Shown here: positions 47,910 to 58,093 of the stretch, piece after piece
Layout: each line of letters starts with the position of its first letter
Position numbering within the stretch: the first letter of the stretch is position 1
Source of the DNA: Gemmatimonadota bacterium
Lineage (GTDB): Bacteria > Gemmatimonadota > Gemmatimonadetes > Palauibacterales > Palauibacteraceae
Length of the DNA stretch: 64,000 nucleotides
Assembly: GCA_963666735.1 (NCBI GenBank)
Contig: OY762926.1
Span: 2,304,001 to 2,368,000, forward strand
Direction of reading: 5' to 3'
The notes under the pieces: generated by a model
What the model saw: the letters and a program-made list of their open reading frames with translations, nothing else
Database searches by the model: none
What the model was told of the DNA's origin: nothing
Program-made: the position numbers and the translations under genes

Positions 47910-50032
47910 TAGGCACCGGTTTGCGTGGCGGCGGTGCGCTCGTCGTCGTGCGTGCCCCACCGCTCGAACCACTTCCTGAGGATGAGTTGCGTGCGCAGGA
48001 AGTTGGACGGCAGGCGCGACGTGCCGTGCCACTCGCCCTCGAACTGGACCATCGCCGTCGGCTTGTTCTGCGCCTTGAGCGCCTGATAAAACTGCTCCGT
48101 CTGCGACATCGGCGTGCGCAGGTCCAGGACGCCCGTCATGAGCATGGTCGGCGTCGTGACGTTCCCCACGTACGAGATCGGCGAGCGGCGGATGTGCTCG
48201 CTCGGGTCCACCCACGGGAACTCCTGGAAGTCCGCGTACCAGCGCAGGTAGTTTCCGTCGACCTCGTTCGGGAAGTTGAACCAGTTCACGACCGGGCAGT
48301 TCGCCGACGCGGCCCGGAAGCGGTCCGTGTGCCCCACGACCCACGACGTCAGCACGCCGCCGCCCGAGCACCCGTAGACGAACATGTTGCCGTCGTCCAC
48401 GTAGCCGCGGGAGATGACCTCGTCCACGCTCGACATGAGGTCGTCGAAGTCGTGGTTCGGATAGTCGTACTGGATCGCGTTCCCGAACTCCGTCCCGTAG
48501 CCGGAGCTTCCGCGCGGGTTCGTATAGAGGACGACGTATCCGTTCGCGGCGTGCTCCTGCCACGAGAAGTTGAACCCGCCGTTGTACATGCCGTGCGGGC
48601 CGCCGTGAATCACGAGGATGAGCGGATACTGGTGCGACGCGTCGAAGTCCGGGGGCTTGATGACCCAGCCGTGGATCGGGAGTCCGTCGTGGGATGACTC
48701 GCTCCACACCTGCTCGACTTCGCCCAGCGTCACGCCCGCCAGCACGTCGGCGTTCACATCCGTGAGTCTCGTGCGCCGGCCGGGCCGGTCGACGGGGAAG
48801 GCATGGATGTCGCCGGGTTCGTGCGCGTCGCCCCACATCCCCACGGCCATGCCGCCGTCGCTCACGTCGTTGAGGCCGAACATCTGCGGCCCCTCGCTCA
48901 TCGCCCGCACGTCGCCGTCCACCGAGACGTAGTGGATGTTGCGGTAGCCGTCCGCCGTGGCGTCGAAGTAGATGCCGCCGCCGTCCCGGGCCCAGTGCAG
49001 CGCCCCGGGACTGCGGTCCATTTCGGCCGTAAGGGCGCGCGGGTTCGATCCATCCGCGTTCATCACGTAGACGGCGGACTCAATATAGTCGAACGTCGTC
49101 GTGTCGTGCCCCACGTAGGCGATCATGCGCCCGTCCGGCGATGGCGCCGGCCGGTTGTCCGGGCCCTTGCGCGTCGTGACCTGGCTCAGTTCGCCGGACT
49201 CCGCGTCGAGCCGATAGATCTCCGTCTCCTGCCATCGGTATTCGGCGTTCTCGACGATGAGACCGCTGAACAGGAGCGACCGTCCGTCGGGCTCCCAGGC
49301 CGGGACGCCGAAGTTGTAGTCGCCCTCGGTGAGTTGGCGCGCGGTGCCCCCTTCGGCGGGGACCACGAAAATGTGCTGGTACCTGTCACCCAGGAATCCG
49401 ATGCGGTCCTGCCGATAGACGAGGCGCTCGATGATTCGGGGGCCCGGCGTCCACGTCGCCCCCTCCGGCTTCGGCAGCGAGATGGACCAGTGGCGCGCCG
49501 TGGGCTGCTCCGCCCCCACGCGCATCGTGAACGAGAAGCGCGTCCCATCGGGAGACCAGGCCAGGTTGGAGGGACTGTCCGTGATCCGCGTCACCTGCGA
49601 GACGGCGCCCTCGGCGTCCATCCAGCGCACGAAGATCTGGGTGTTCCCCTCGTCGTCGGGCGCGAGAAACGCCAGGCGGCTGCCATCGGGCGACCAGCGC
49701 GGCGAGGACCCGTCGACGAGGTGGCGGGGGCGGCTGCCGTCCGGATTCACGATCCAGATCGCGGACTCCCACGCGTCGTTCATCTTGTCGACCCACAGGC
49801 GCTCATAGACGACCGAGCCCCCGTCCGGCGAGATCCGCGGATCCTGGACCCGCTCCCAGTCGAGCCACGACTCGAGCGCGAGGGCGCCGTTCGCCTCCTG
49901 CGCGACGAGCGTCGGGGCGGGGAGGGCGAGACCGCAGAGCAGGCCGGGTACGACGATCGCTGCGAGGGTGACGGGACTCCGGGCGGGATTCCGGAAGAGG
50001 ACGCGGGGGGAAGCGGGGGCGCGCGTGTCCAT
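47909..50032 (-). CDS. Secreted S9 family peptidase
   Basis: AGGAGG RBS; repeated WSPDG propeller motifs; IHGGP, GCSGGG, DLRT, EWHG. Confidence 0.93.
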   Translation of the reverse strand: MDTRAPASPRVLFRNPARSPVTLAAIVVPGLLCGLALPAPTLVAQEANGALALESWLDWERVQDPRISPDGGSVVYERLWVDKMNDAWESAIWIVNPDGSRPRHLVDGSSPRWSPDGSRLAFLAPDDEGNTQIFVRWMDAEGAVSQVTRITDSPSNLAWSPDGTRFSFTMRVGAEQPTARHWSISLPKPEGATWTPGPRIIERLVYRQDRIGFLGDRYQHIFVVPAEGGTARQLTEGDYNFGVPAWEPDGRSLLFSGLIVENAEYRWQETEIYRLDAESGELSQVTTRKGPDNRPAPSPDGRMIAYVGHDTTTFDYIESAVYVMNADGSNPRALTAEMDRSPGALHWARDGGGIYFDATADGYRNIHYVSVDGDVRAMSEGPQMFGLNDVSDGGMAVGMWGDAHEPGDIHAFPVDRPGRRTRLTDVNADVLAGVTLGEVEQVWSESSHDGLPIHGWVIKPPDFDASHQYPLILVIHGGPHGMYNGGFNFSWQEHAANGYVVLYTNPRGSSGYGTEFGNAIQYDYPNHDFDDLMSSVDEVISRGYVDDGNMFVYGCSGGGVLTSWVVGHTDRFRAASANCPVVNWFNFPNEVDGNYLRWYADFQEFPWVDPSEHIRRSPISYVGNVTTPTMLMTGVLDLRTPMSQTEQFYQALKAQNKPTAMVQFEGEWHGTSRLPSNFLRTQLILRKWFERWGTHDDERTAATQTGA

Positions 50033-50217
50033 GGGTACCTCCTGGGGTGAAGGGCGCCGGGCCTCTCGAAACATGGGATGCGCCACGCCGCGTGCATAGG
50101 CCGCGCGCGTGGCCCCGCCCGCCCCCATGCCGCCCGAAGTGCCGCGTCTTATGTTGCGTCAGCGAACGACCGCGGCTGCCGCGCGCCATGCGGCGGCCCA
50201 CAAGCCGGGAGGTTTCC

Positions 50218-51540
50218 GTGACGACTCGCACGCCCACCGACGTGACCCGCCTGCCCGACCGTCGCCGATTCCTCAAGCGTGCCGCCGCGGGAGCCGCCCT
50301 CGCGGCCACGCCGGCGTGGACCTTCGCCCGCCCAAAGCCCGACCTCGGCCTCGAGGATCTGTCGGCGCGGCGAGACCTCGCGGGGACCGGGGACGAGTCC
50401 TTCTGGGAGATGGTGAAGGGCCAGTTCCCGCTTCGCCCCGGCCTCATCCTCGTGAACGCGGCGAACCTCTGTCCCTCCCCCTGGCCGGTGCAGGAGACGG
50501 TGTTCGGGTACACGCGGGACATCGACCGGGACGCCTCGTTCCACAACCGGGCCAAGTTCAACGCGCTCGCCGCGAAGTCGGTCGAGTCACTGGCCGAACT
50601 GCTCGGCGCCTCGCCCGAGGAGATCGTGGTCACGCGCAACACGTCCGAGAGCAACAACGCGGTGATCAACGGACTTGTCCTGGGCGCCGGAGACGAGGTC
50701 GTGCTCTGGGACCAGAACCACCCCACGAACAACGTGGCCTGGGACGTCCGGGCCGACCGCTTCGGCTACAGGGTGATCCGCGTGGCGACGCCCCCGGCGC
50801 CGGAGACCGAGGATGAGTTGATCGACGCCTTCGTGAGCGCCTTCACGGACCGCACCCGGGTGCTGGCGGTGACCCAGATCTCGAACATCTCGGGCGTCGA
50901 ACTCCCGGCGCGCCGCCTGTGCGAGATCGCGCGTGAGCGCGGCATCTACGTCCACATGGACGGGGCCCAGAGCTTCGGCGCGGTGGCGGTCGACCTGCGC
51001 GGCATGGGGTGCGACTCGTACACGGGCAGCGCCCACAAGTGGTTCTGCGGGCCGAAGGAAGCCGGTGTCCTCTACGTGCGGGCGGACCGGGTCGCCGAAT
51101 TGTGGCCCAGCGTCGTGGGTGTGGGCTGGGACGGTGCGATTGCCGGAGGCGGAGCCGACAAGTTCGGCACTTTCGGGCAGCGCGATGACGCGGCGGTGGC
51201 GGGCGTGGGGAAGACGGTCGACTTCCACCAGGCGATCGGGGCGGCGGCGATCGAGGAACGCATGCGGGCACTGGCGGCCAGACTGAAGGCGGCGATCCGC
51301 GAGCGGATTCCCGGCGTGACGTTCCACACCTCCGACGTGCCGGGACTCGGTGGCGGAGTCGTCATTGCCGAGTTGGGGGTCGACGATCACACGGAGATCT
51401 ACAACCGGATCTACGAGGAACACGGCGTCGCGGGAGCGCTCCGCCGGGGCGTGTTCCCGGGCATTCGCCTCTGCCCGCACATGTACAACACGATGGCGGA
51501 GATGGAACAGGTCGCCGATGCGCTCGCCCGATCCGTCTGA
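50218..51540 (+). CDS. Tat-exported class V PLP enzyme (isopenicillin-N-epimerase-like)
   Basis: RRRFLK Tat motif; TRNTSE, DGAQ, SAHKW. Confidence 0.85.
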   Translation: MTTRTPTDVTRLPDRRRFLKRAAAGAALAATPAWTFARPKPDLGLEDLSARRDLAGTGDESFWEMVKGQFPLRPGLILVNAANLCPSPWPVQETVFGYTRDIDRDASFHNRAKFNALAAKSVESLAELLGASPEEIVVTRNTSESNNAVINGLVLGAGDEVVLWDQNHPTNNVAWDVRADRFGYRVIRVATPPAPETEDELIDAFVSAFTDRTRVLAVTQISNISGVELPARRLCEIARERGIYVHMDGAQSFGAVAVDLRGMGCDSYTGSAHKWFCGPKEAGVLYVRADRVAELWPSVVGVGWDGAIAGGGADKFGTFGQRDDAAVAGVGKTVDFHQAIGAAAIEERMRALAARLKAAIRERIPGVTFHTSDVPGLGGGVVIAELGVDDHTEIYNRIYEEHGVAGALRRGVFPGIRLCPHMYNTMAEMEQVADALARSV

Positions 51541-51547
51541 ATCGCGG

Positions 51548-51883
51548 TTGGCCGTCGAGTCGAACCGGGACGCGGACACGTTGCCCCGTTTCCTGGCCGC
51601 GCTGCGTCCTCTCCTGCGTGAGCACTCCGCGCGCTCGGCATGGGTCGTCGGATCCCACGCCCGCGGGACGGCCGGTCCCGAAAGCGACATCGACGTGATC
51701 GTGGTCGCGCCGACCCGCCGCCCCTCTGTGGAACGTTTCCGGGACTACCTGCCCGCAATCATCGCCGCCGGTGTCGGAGTCGATCTCGTCGTGTACACGC
51801 CGGCCGAGTTCGAGCGACTGCGGGCGGAAGGGCGCCCCTTTCTCCGGCACGCCATGCAATCGGCCATGGCCATCGAGGTCTGA
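51548..51883 (+). CDS. Minimal nucleotidyltransferase (MNT)
   Basis: GSHARG..SDIDVIV, VDLVVYTPAEF; start approximate. Confidence 0.85.
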   Translation: MAVESNRDADTLPRFLAALRPLLREHSARSAWVVGSHARGTAGPESDIDVIVVAPTRRPSVERFRDYLPAIIAAGVGVDLVVYTPAEFERLRAEGRPFLRHAMQSAMAIEV

Positions 51884-51888
51884 CCGCC

Positions 51889-52296
51889 GTGTGGGATGGC
51901 GCCGGGGAGGCGCGCAGGTGGCTTGCTCAGGCCGAGAACGATCTCGAGTTCGCGCGCCTCGCCCTGCGCGAGAGGTTTTTCCACCAGACGTGTTTCATCG
52001 CCCAGCAGAGCGCGGAAAAGTCCGTCAAGGCGATCGGCTACGGACTCGGCGACCGGACGATCATCGGTCACTCGGTGGTCGCGCTCGCCGAGCGTTATGC
52101 GGAGAGGATCGACGGCCTTGGGCGCCTGATGGAGGACGCCGGAGTTCTGGATCAGTTTTATATCCCGGCCCGCTACCCGAACGGCCTTCCCGGCGGGGTT
52201 CCGTTCGCCGCTTTCCACGAACCGCAGGCGCGCGCCGCGATCGAGGCCGCCGAGCGCTTCCTGGCTCTGGCGCGCACGCACGTCGACGAGGATTAG
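51889..52296 (+). CDS. HEPN-domain protein
   Basis: RWLAQAENDL, FIAQQSAEKSVKA, GHS, YIPARYP; paired with the MNT gene. Confidence 0.88.
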   Translation: MWDGAGEARRWLAQAENDLEFARLALRERFFHQTCFIAQQSAEKSVKAIGYGLGDRTIIGHSVVALAERYAERIDGLGRLMEDAGVLDQFYIPARYPNGLPGGVPFAAFHEPQARAAIEAAERFLALARTHVDED

Positions 52297-52320
52297 CCGG
52301 CGGCCCGCACCCGGTGGCCG

Positions 52321-54033
52321 CTAGAGTTCGCCGCGGTTCTTCGCCCAGAGCGCGTAGTGGCAGGCGCGGGCGGTGAGGGCCATGTAGGTGAGTGAGGGGT
52401 TCTGGCAGGCGGATGAGGGCATGGCGGCGCCGTCGATCACGAACAGGTTCGGCGCATCCCACGCCTGGTTGAAGCCGTTGAGGACGGAGGTCGCCGGATC
52501 CCGCCCCATGCGGGCCGTTCCCATCTCGTGGATCGTGAGGCCGGGCGCCGTGAGATCCGTGAGCAACTCGACGTCCACGCCGCCGCCGGCTTCGAGCATT
52601 TCCGCGGCGCGGTCCGCGCTGTCCCGCATCATCAGGCGTTCGTTGTCGCTCCACTCGCAGTGGATGCGGAGGGCCGGGATCCCCCACGCGTCGACCCGCT
52701 CCGGATCGAGCTCGATGTAGTTCTCCTCGCGCGGCAGGCATTCCCCGAAGGCGCCGAGTTCGAACTCCCACACGCCGGGTTCCGTGAGTTGGCGCTTGTA
52801 CTCCGCCCCGAAGCCCGGCATGTCGAGGCCGCGGCTCCAGCTCTGCCGCGTCGACCAGCCCTGGTAGCCGTAACCCCGGATGAAGTCGGGCGAAGGCTCC
52901 GTCACGTTGCGGAAGCGCGGGATGTAGATCCCGTTGGGACGCTCGCCGGTGTAGCCGTGGCCCTCCCAGCCCGGGAACTTCGCCTTCGCGCCGGTGCTCA
53001 TGGTGTGATCCATGAGATAGCGGCCGAGGGCCCCGCTCGAGTTCGCGAGGCCGTCCGGGAAATCGGCGGACGTCGAGTGGAGGAGGATCCGCGTCGACTC
53101 GAGCGCCGAAGCGCCCAGCATGACGATCTCCCCGAAGAACTCCAGCTCCTCCCCTGTCTGCCGGTCGATGACCCGCACGCCCGCGACCCGCCCGCGGGCG
53201 GCGTCCCAGATCACGCTGTGCACGACGCTGTCCGGCCGCAGCGTCATCCGGCCCGTGGCCTCGGCGGCCGGGAGGGTGGCGTTGAGCGAACTGAAGTAGC
53301 TCTTCGTCCGGCAGCCGCGGTGGCAGGGACCGCAGTAGTGGCAGGCGCTCCGTCCCTTGTGGTCGCGGGTGAGGACCGCCGTGCGTCCGATCGTCATCCT
53401 CCGCGTGTCGCCGAAGTCGCGCGCGATCGCCTCCTTCACGGCGTTCTCGACGCACGTCATCTCCATGGGAGGCAGGAGGACGCCGTCCGGCAGTTGGGGG
53501 AGGCCCTCGGCGCGGCCGCTGATGCCGACGAACTCCTCGACGTGCGCGTACCACGGCGCGAGGTCCGAGTAGCGGATCGGCCAGTCGACGCCGATCCCGT
53601 CGCGCGCGTTGGCCTCGAAGTCGAGGTCGCTGAGGCGGTACGACTGACGCGCCCACATGATCGAGCGTCCGCCGACCTGGCGGCCGCGGATCCAGAGGAA
53701 CGGCTTCTCGCCGGGCGTCGTGTACGGGTTCTCGATGTCGTTGACGAAGAACTTCCGGCCCATCTCGTCGCAGGCGTAGCACTCGCGCTGGACGGGCTGC
53801 TCGGCGGCCAGCGCCTTGCGGTCGTTCCAGCCGCGGTACGGCATGCGGTACGGGGGCACGTGTTCCACATAGTCGCGTTCCGGGACGATCATCGGGCCCG
53901 CCTCGAGGACGAGCGTGCGCAAGCCCAGTTCGGTGAGTTCCTTCGCGGCCCAGCCGCCGGTGATGCCCGAGCCGACGACGATCGCGTCCCAGACCTCCTG
54001 GCGGCGACCGGGCGCCGGCGACCGGCCGCTCAC
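52321..54033 (-). CDS. GMC oxidoreductase flavoprotein subunit (glycoside 3-dehydrogenase-like)
   Basis: [48 protein letters not shown]. Confidence 0.92.
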   Translation of the reverse strand: MSGRSPAPGRRQEVWDAIVVGSGITGGWAAKELTELGLRTLVLEAGPMIVPERDYVEHVPPYRMPYRGWNDRKALAAEQPVQRECYACDEMGRKFFVNDIENPYTTPGEKPFLWIRGRQVGGRSIMWARQSYRLSDLDFEANARDGIGVDWPIRYSDLAPWYAHVEEFVGISGRAEGLPQLPDGVLLPPMEMTCVENAVKEAIARDFGDTRRMTIGRTAVLTRDHKGRSACHYCGPCHRGCRTKSYFSSLNATLPAAEATGRMTLRPDSVVHSVIWDAARGRVAGVRVIDRQTGEELEFFGEIVMLGASALESTRILLHSTSADFPDGLANSSGALGRYLMDHTMSTGAKAKFPGWEGHGYTGERPNGIYIPRFRNVTEPSPDFIRGYGYQGWSTRQSWSRGLDMPGFGAEYKRQLTEPGVWEFELGAFGECLPREENYIELDPERVDAWGIPALRIHCEWSDNERLMMRDSADRAAEMLEAGGGVDVELLTDLTAPGLTIHEMGTARMGRDPATSVLNGFNQAWDAPNLFVIDGAAMPSSACQNPSLTYMALTARACHYALWAKNRGEL

Positions 54034-54683
54034 CGCCGGCCCCCGGCACGGCTCTGCTGCCGGCTCTGCTGCTGGTTCTGTTCGCCGGGGCGGCCCTCGC
54101 CGGTGCCGTACTGGTCGAGGATCACGCACCCCTCGAAGGCGCCGGGGATGATCCGGTATCCGAGCGTCCGCAGACCGGCCTGAGACGTGAAATAGCCGGC
54201 GAGGGTGAAGCGCTTCATGTCGTAGAAGAAGGTCTCCCGCTCGTCCTCATCGGGGTCCCGGCGGAGGCGATCGAGGTCCGCGTCCATCCGCGCGACGAGT
54301 TCCGTCTGCTGGGCCGGGGTGCAGTCGGCGAAGTCGGCCCCGTGGGCCGCCCGGGCGACGGGGTCCACGGCGTCCAGGCCGGCGAGGAAACGGTCGCGGT
54401 CCGACGCGTCCAGCCAACCGGTCAGGAGAGCATCGACGAATGCGGTAACGCCCGCCTCGCTCGCGCCGGGCGTGGCCGTCCGGGGGATGATGGTCTCGGC
54501 GAGCGCCATCACCGTCCGCGCCTGCGCGGGCGTGAGCGTCGCGGGCGGCGCGCCGCCGACCGGTCCGGTGACCGCACGGATGCGCTCCCCCAGCGCCAGC
54601 GCCTGCCCCACCGCGCCCCCCGGCACGAGGAGGGGCGCGCCCGCCGCCGCGCCGATGATCTCGAGAGCCCTGCGCCGTCTCAC
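54030..54683 (-). CDS. Gluconate 2-dehydrogenase subunit 3-like Tat partner subunit
   Basis: AGGAGG RBS; RRRAL; ETIIPRTATPGA, TLAGYFTS. Confidence 0.88.
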   Translation of the reverse strand: MRRRRALEIIGAAAGAPLLVPGGAVGQALALGERIRAVTGPVGGAPPATLTPAQARTVMALAETIIPRTATPGASEAGVTAFVDALLTGWLDASDRDRFLAGLDAVDPVARAAHGADFADCTPAQQTELVARMDADLDRLRRDPDEDERETFFYDMKRFTLAGYFTSQAGLRTLGYRIIPGAFEGCVILDQYGTGEGRPGEQNQQQSRQQSRAGGRR

Positions 54684-54829
54684 AGTCGGTCCTCCTCGCC
54701 GGCATCGACGCGCGCGCGGGCGGCGGGGGCGCCGCCTCGCTCCGCCATAATAGGCCGAGGCGCCCCCGGCGCGAAGACCGCCGCCGGAGGACGGATCGAC
54801 GGCGACCGGGAGGCGCGACATATTATGGC

Positions 54830-55702
54830 ATGGACAGACCGATGAAGCGACGACGATTCGTGCGTAATTCACTCGGCGCCGGCCTCCTGATGACGAGCGC
54901 GGGTCGCGCGGCAGCGGCCGGGATCCGGACGCTGCCGGAGGCCTGGGGACTCCAGCTCTATACGGTGCGCTCGCTGATGGCCCGCGATGTCGAGCGGACG
55001 CTCGCCGCCGTCGCCCGCATCGGATACGGGGAGGTGGAGTTCGCCGGCTATTTCGGCCGCTCCCCCGCCGAGATCCGAACCACGCTGGAAGCGGAGGGCC
55101 TCACGGCCCCCGCGGTCCACCTCTCGCTCGAGGAACTCCGATCGAGCTTCGAGGAGGCTGTGGACGCGGCGGCCGAGACCGGACACCGCTACCTCGTTCT
55201 GCCCTACCTCGCGGGTCACGAGCGTCCCGGAGCCGATGGCGCAACGGGAACGGCTCTGGTCGACGGATACCGGCGGCTCGCGGACGAGCTCAACGGGTTC
55301 GGAGCGCGCTGCCGCGAGGCCGGACTCCGCTTCGCCTATCACAACCACGATTTCGAACTCGAAGAGGTGAACGGGCTCCGCCTCCTCGACGTGATGATCG
55401 AGAACACGGACCCCGAACTGGTGTGCTACGAGATCGACCTCTTCTGGCTCGTGCACGGCGGCGGTGACCCGTTCGACTACTTCAGCCGGTACCCCGGCCG
55501 GTTCGACCTCTGCCACGTGAAGGACCGCACGACGGAGGGCGAGATGGTGGACGTGGGCGCGGGCGTCATCGACTTCGAGGCGATCTTCGAGCAGTCGGCC
55601 CAGGCGGGACTCACTCACTATTTCGTCGAGCACGACACGCCCGGGGATCCCATGGCGTCGGTCCGGGTCAGCTACGAACACCTCGCTTCACTGGATGGCT
55701 AA
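54830..55702 (+). CDS. Tat-exported sugar phosphate isomerase/epimerase (xylose isomerase-like TIM barrel)
   Basis: RRRFV; GLQLYTVR, YHNHDFE, EIDLFW, HVKD, FVEHD. Confidence 0.9.
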   Translation: MDRPMKRRRFVRNSLGAGLLMTSAGRAAAAGIRTLPEAWGLQLYTVRSLMARDVERTLAAVARIGYGEVEFAGYFGRSPAEIRTTLEAEGLTAPAVHLSLEELRSSFEEAVDAAAETGHRYLVLPYLAGHERPGADGATGTALVDGYRRLADELNGFGARCREAGLRFAYHNHDFELEEVNGLRLLDVMIENTDPELVCYEIDLFWLVHGGGDPFDYFSRYPGRFDLCHVKDRTTEGEMVDVGAGVIDFEAIFEQSAQAGLTHYFVEHDTPGDPMASVRVSYEHLASLDG

Positions 55703-56621
55703 GCCCCCCGCCGCCCCCCCCGGCGGGACGCCCGTCAGCCGCCGCGACGCCCTGCGCGCGACGGGCGCCGCCTCGCTCGGTTTCCTGGTCGGAGGCGCGG
55801 GAAGGCCGGCGCCGGCTCTCGGCCGGGCCCCCGGCGCGGCCGCCACCCCGGTACAGGTGGCCGGCATCACCCAGTCCGTCGCGCGCTGGTGTTTCGAGGA
55901 CATCCCGCTCGTCCCCTTCTGCCAGGGCGTGGCGGAGATGGGTCTCACGGCGATGGATCTGCTCCGGGTCGAGGAATGGCCGGTCGCGCACGACCACGGT
56001 CTCACGGTCTCGTGTGGGGACGTGTTGGCCGGGACCATCGAGGACGGCCTCAACGAGCCGAGGAACCACCGCGGGATCATCGAGGCCTTCGAGCGCCACA
56101 TCCCCCACGCGGCCCGCGTCGAAGTGCCCAACGTGATCTGCTTCTTCGGCAACCGCCGCGGGATGGAGGACGCCGTCGGGATCGAGAACTCGATCCGCTG
56201 CCTGCGGGAGTGCGCCCCGGTCGCCGAATCCGGGGGCGTGACGATCCTCGTCGAGGTCCTCAACTCGAAGCCCGGCGGACACGTCGACTACATCGGCGAC
56301 CACATGGACTACGCGCTCGAGATCATCCGCGCCGTCGACTCGCCCCGCGTGAAGATCCTCTACGACATCTACCACATGCAGATCATGGAGGGGGACATCA
56401 TCCGCACGCTCACGGATGCGAGTCCCTGGATCGGCCACTACCACACCGGCGGGGTCCCCGGACGGGCCGAGATCGACGACTCGCAGGAACTGAACTATCC
56501 CGCGATCGTGCGCGCCATCGGGGACACCGGTTTCGAGGGCTTCATGGCTCACGAGTTCATCCCGCGGAGCGGCGACCCCCTGCGCTCGCTGCGCGAAGCC
56601 GTGGAGTTGTGCGCCGTCTGA
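55695..56621 (+). CDS. Tat-exported hydroxypyruvate isomerase-family protein
   Basis: SRRDAL; EVLNSK, LYDIYHMQIMEG, HYHTGGVPGRAE, HEF. Confidence 0.9.
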   Translation: MAKPPAAPPGGTPVSRRDALRATGAASLGFLVGGAGRPAPALGRAPGAAATPVQVAGITQSVARWCFEDIPLVPFCQGVAEMGLTAMDLLRVEEWPVAHDHGLTVSCGDVLAGTIEDGLNEPRNHRGIIEAFERHIPHAARVEVPNVICFFGNRRGMEDAVGIENSIRCLRECAPVAESGGVTILVEVLNSKPGGHVDYIGDHMDYALEIIRAVDSPRVKILYDIYHMQIMEGDIIRTLTDASPWIGHYHTGGVPGRAEIDDSQELNYPAIVRAIGDTGFEGFMAHEFIPRSGDPLRSLREAVELCAV

Positions 56622-56630
56622 CTCGAACCG

Positions 56631-57989
56631 TCAGGGACGGCGACTCCCGGCGCTCGCCGCCAGCGCCGACTGCTTCTTTCCCAGCCACAGCGAGATCATC
56701 AGCCACAGTCCGGCCAGCGGGACCATGGTCAGCACCAGCGCGGAGCTTCCCATCCCGAGCGCGCGCAATCCCGCGAAAGACCACACGCCGATCTGGTCGC
56801 CCGCGCGGTAGACGAACAGGTCGTTGAAGTTCTTGGCCTTGTACTTGTCCCGGCGCGGAAGGACGGTGTAGAGCACCTCCCTCGTCGGCACCGCGAGCGC
56901 GAAGTTCCCTGCCCTCCGCAGGATCTGGAACACCACGAACACCGCGAAGACCGGCGCCGCCCCGAGCGCCAGGAAGCCGAGGATGCTGAGCACAGGCAGT
57001 ATCCCGAGCGCCAGGCGCACGCCGAGCCACTTCAGAATGCGGCCCGTCAGAAAGAGTTGGGTCACGAGGGTGAGCAGGCTCACCGCGAGGTCGATGCGCG
57101 CGAAGACCGAGGTTCGCTCCGCTCCCGTCTCGAACGTCCGCGAGATGATGTCCGCCTGGATGTTGTAGAGGAAGGTGGAACCGATGGTGAACAGCAGCAT
57201 GAAGGCGCCGATCCCCAGCAGATAGGGGGACGCCAGAACCCGCCGTATTCCCTCCAGCGGCGAGCCCCCGATCACCTCCTTCGCATCCCTTCCACCGCCT
57301 GCACCATCCGAACCGTCGCCGGCGACGCCGCCCGCACCTTCAACCGCAGCCCCGGGGGTCGCGCAGCGCGAATCCAGCGCCTTGAGGCACAGGACCGCGC
57401 CCTCGAGCAGCAGCACCGAGAACAGAAGGAGCGTCGCGGGCGACAGAAACCCCACCAGGAAGGCCGTGATCGAGGAGCCGACGATCCCCCCAAGGGTCCC
57501 GCCGACCCCTATGAGGCCGAACACGCGCCGGCTCTGGCGTTCGCGAAAAATGTCGGTCATGAACGACCAGAAGACGGAAACGACGAACAAGTTGAAGACG
57601 CTGATCCAGACGAAGAAGGTCCGGCCGATCCAGACCGCAGCGGGGCCGTCGGTCACGACCCGCAGCAGCACGAAGTAGACGAGCAGGTTCAGCATGAAGA
57701 AGCGGTACGTGAGCGTCACGAACCGGCGGCGGGTCCACCGCGACACAACCGCGGCGAAGACCGGATGGACGAGGAGCATGGCGGTCAGCGTGCCCGTGAA
57801 GAGCCAGGGGATGTTCTCGACTCCGCCCGCCACGGCCATCTCCTCGCGGATGGGCCGGATGACGTAGTACGCGGAGAGAATGAAGAAGAAATAGAGGGCC
57901 GACAGGAGTACGAGCCGGGCCTCTTCCGGACGGGCGCCGGTCAGTCGCGCGGCAACCGTGCGCGGCTCGCTCTCCGGGGGTGGGGTCAT
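56631..57989 (-). CDS. MFS transporter, ATP/ADP-translocase (TLC/NTT)-like
   Basis: YYVIRPIRE, FNLFVVSVFWSFM, REVLYT..KYKAKNF..VYRAGD. Confidence 0.85.
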   Translation of the reverse strand: MTPPPESEPRTVAARLTGARPEEARLVLLSALYFFFILSAYYVIRPIREEMAVAGGVENIPWLFTGTLTAMLLVHPVFAAVVSRWTRRRFVTLTYRFFMLNLLVYFVLLRVVTDGPAAVWIGRTFFVWISVFNLFVVSVFWSFMTDIFRERQSRRVFGLIGVGGTLGGIVGSSITAFLVGFLSPATLLLFSVLLLEGAVLCLKALDSRCATPGAAVEGAGGVAGDGSDGAGGGRDAKEVIGGSPLEGIRRVLASPYLLGIGAFMLLFTIGSTFLYNIQADIISRTFETGAERTSVFARIDLAVSLLTLVTQLFLTGRILKWLGVRLALGILPVLSILGFLALGAAPVFAVFVVFQILRRAGNFALAVPTREVLYTVLPRRDKYKAKNFNDLFVYRAGDQIGVWSFAGLRALGMGSSALVLTMVPLAGLWLMISLWLGKKQSALAASAGSRRP

Positions 57990-58093
57990 GCGGGGGAAGC
58001 TCCGGGGTGGCGCTCCATTGTGCCTCTGCTTGCCCGTCGGTGGAGAAAAGGATTCTCTTCAGAGGATCTCGGAACCTAACGGTGGGAGCGAAC

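Noticed and set aside
46003..52296. Defence island or prophage
   Set aside because: ATPase, hicAB and MNT-HEPN are interspersed with metabolic genes; no integrase, att site or phage genes were seen
54046..54080. 12-bp tandem repeat encoding QQSR at the end of the dehydrogenase small subunit
   Set aside because: Only 2-3 degenerate copies in a disordered tail; no evident function
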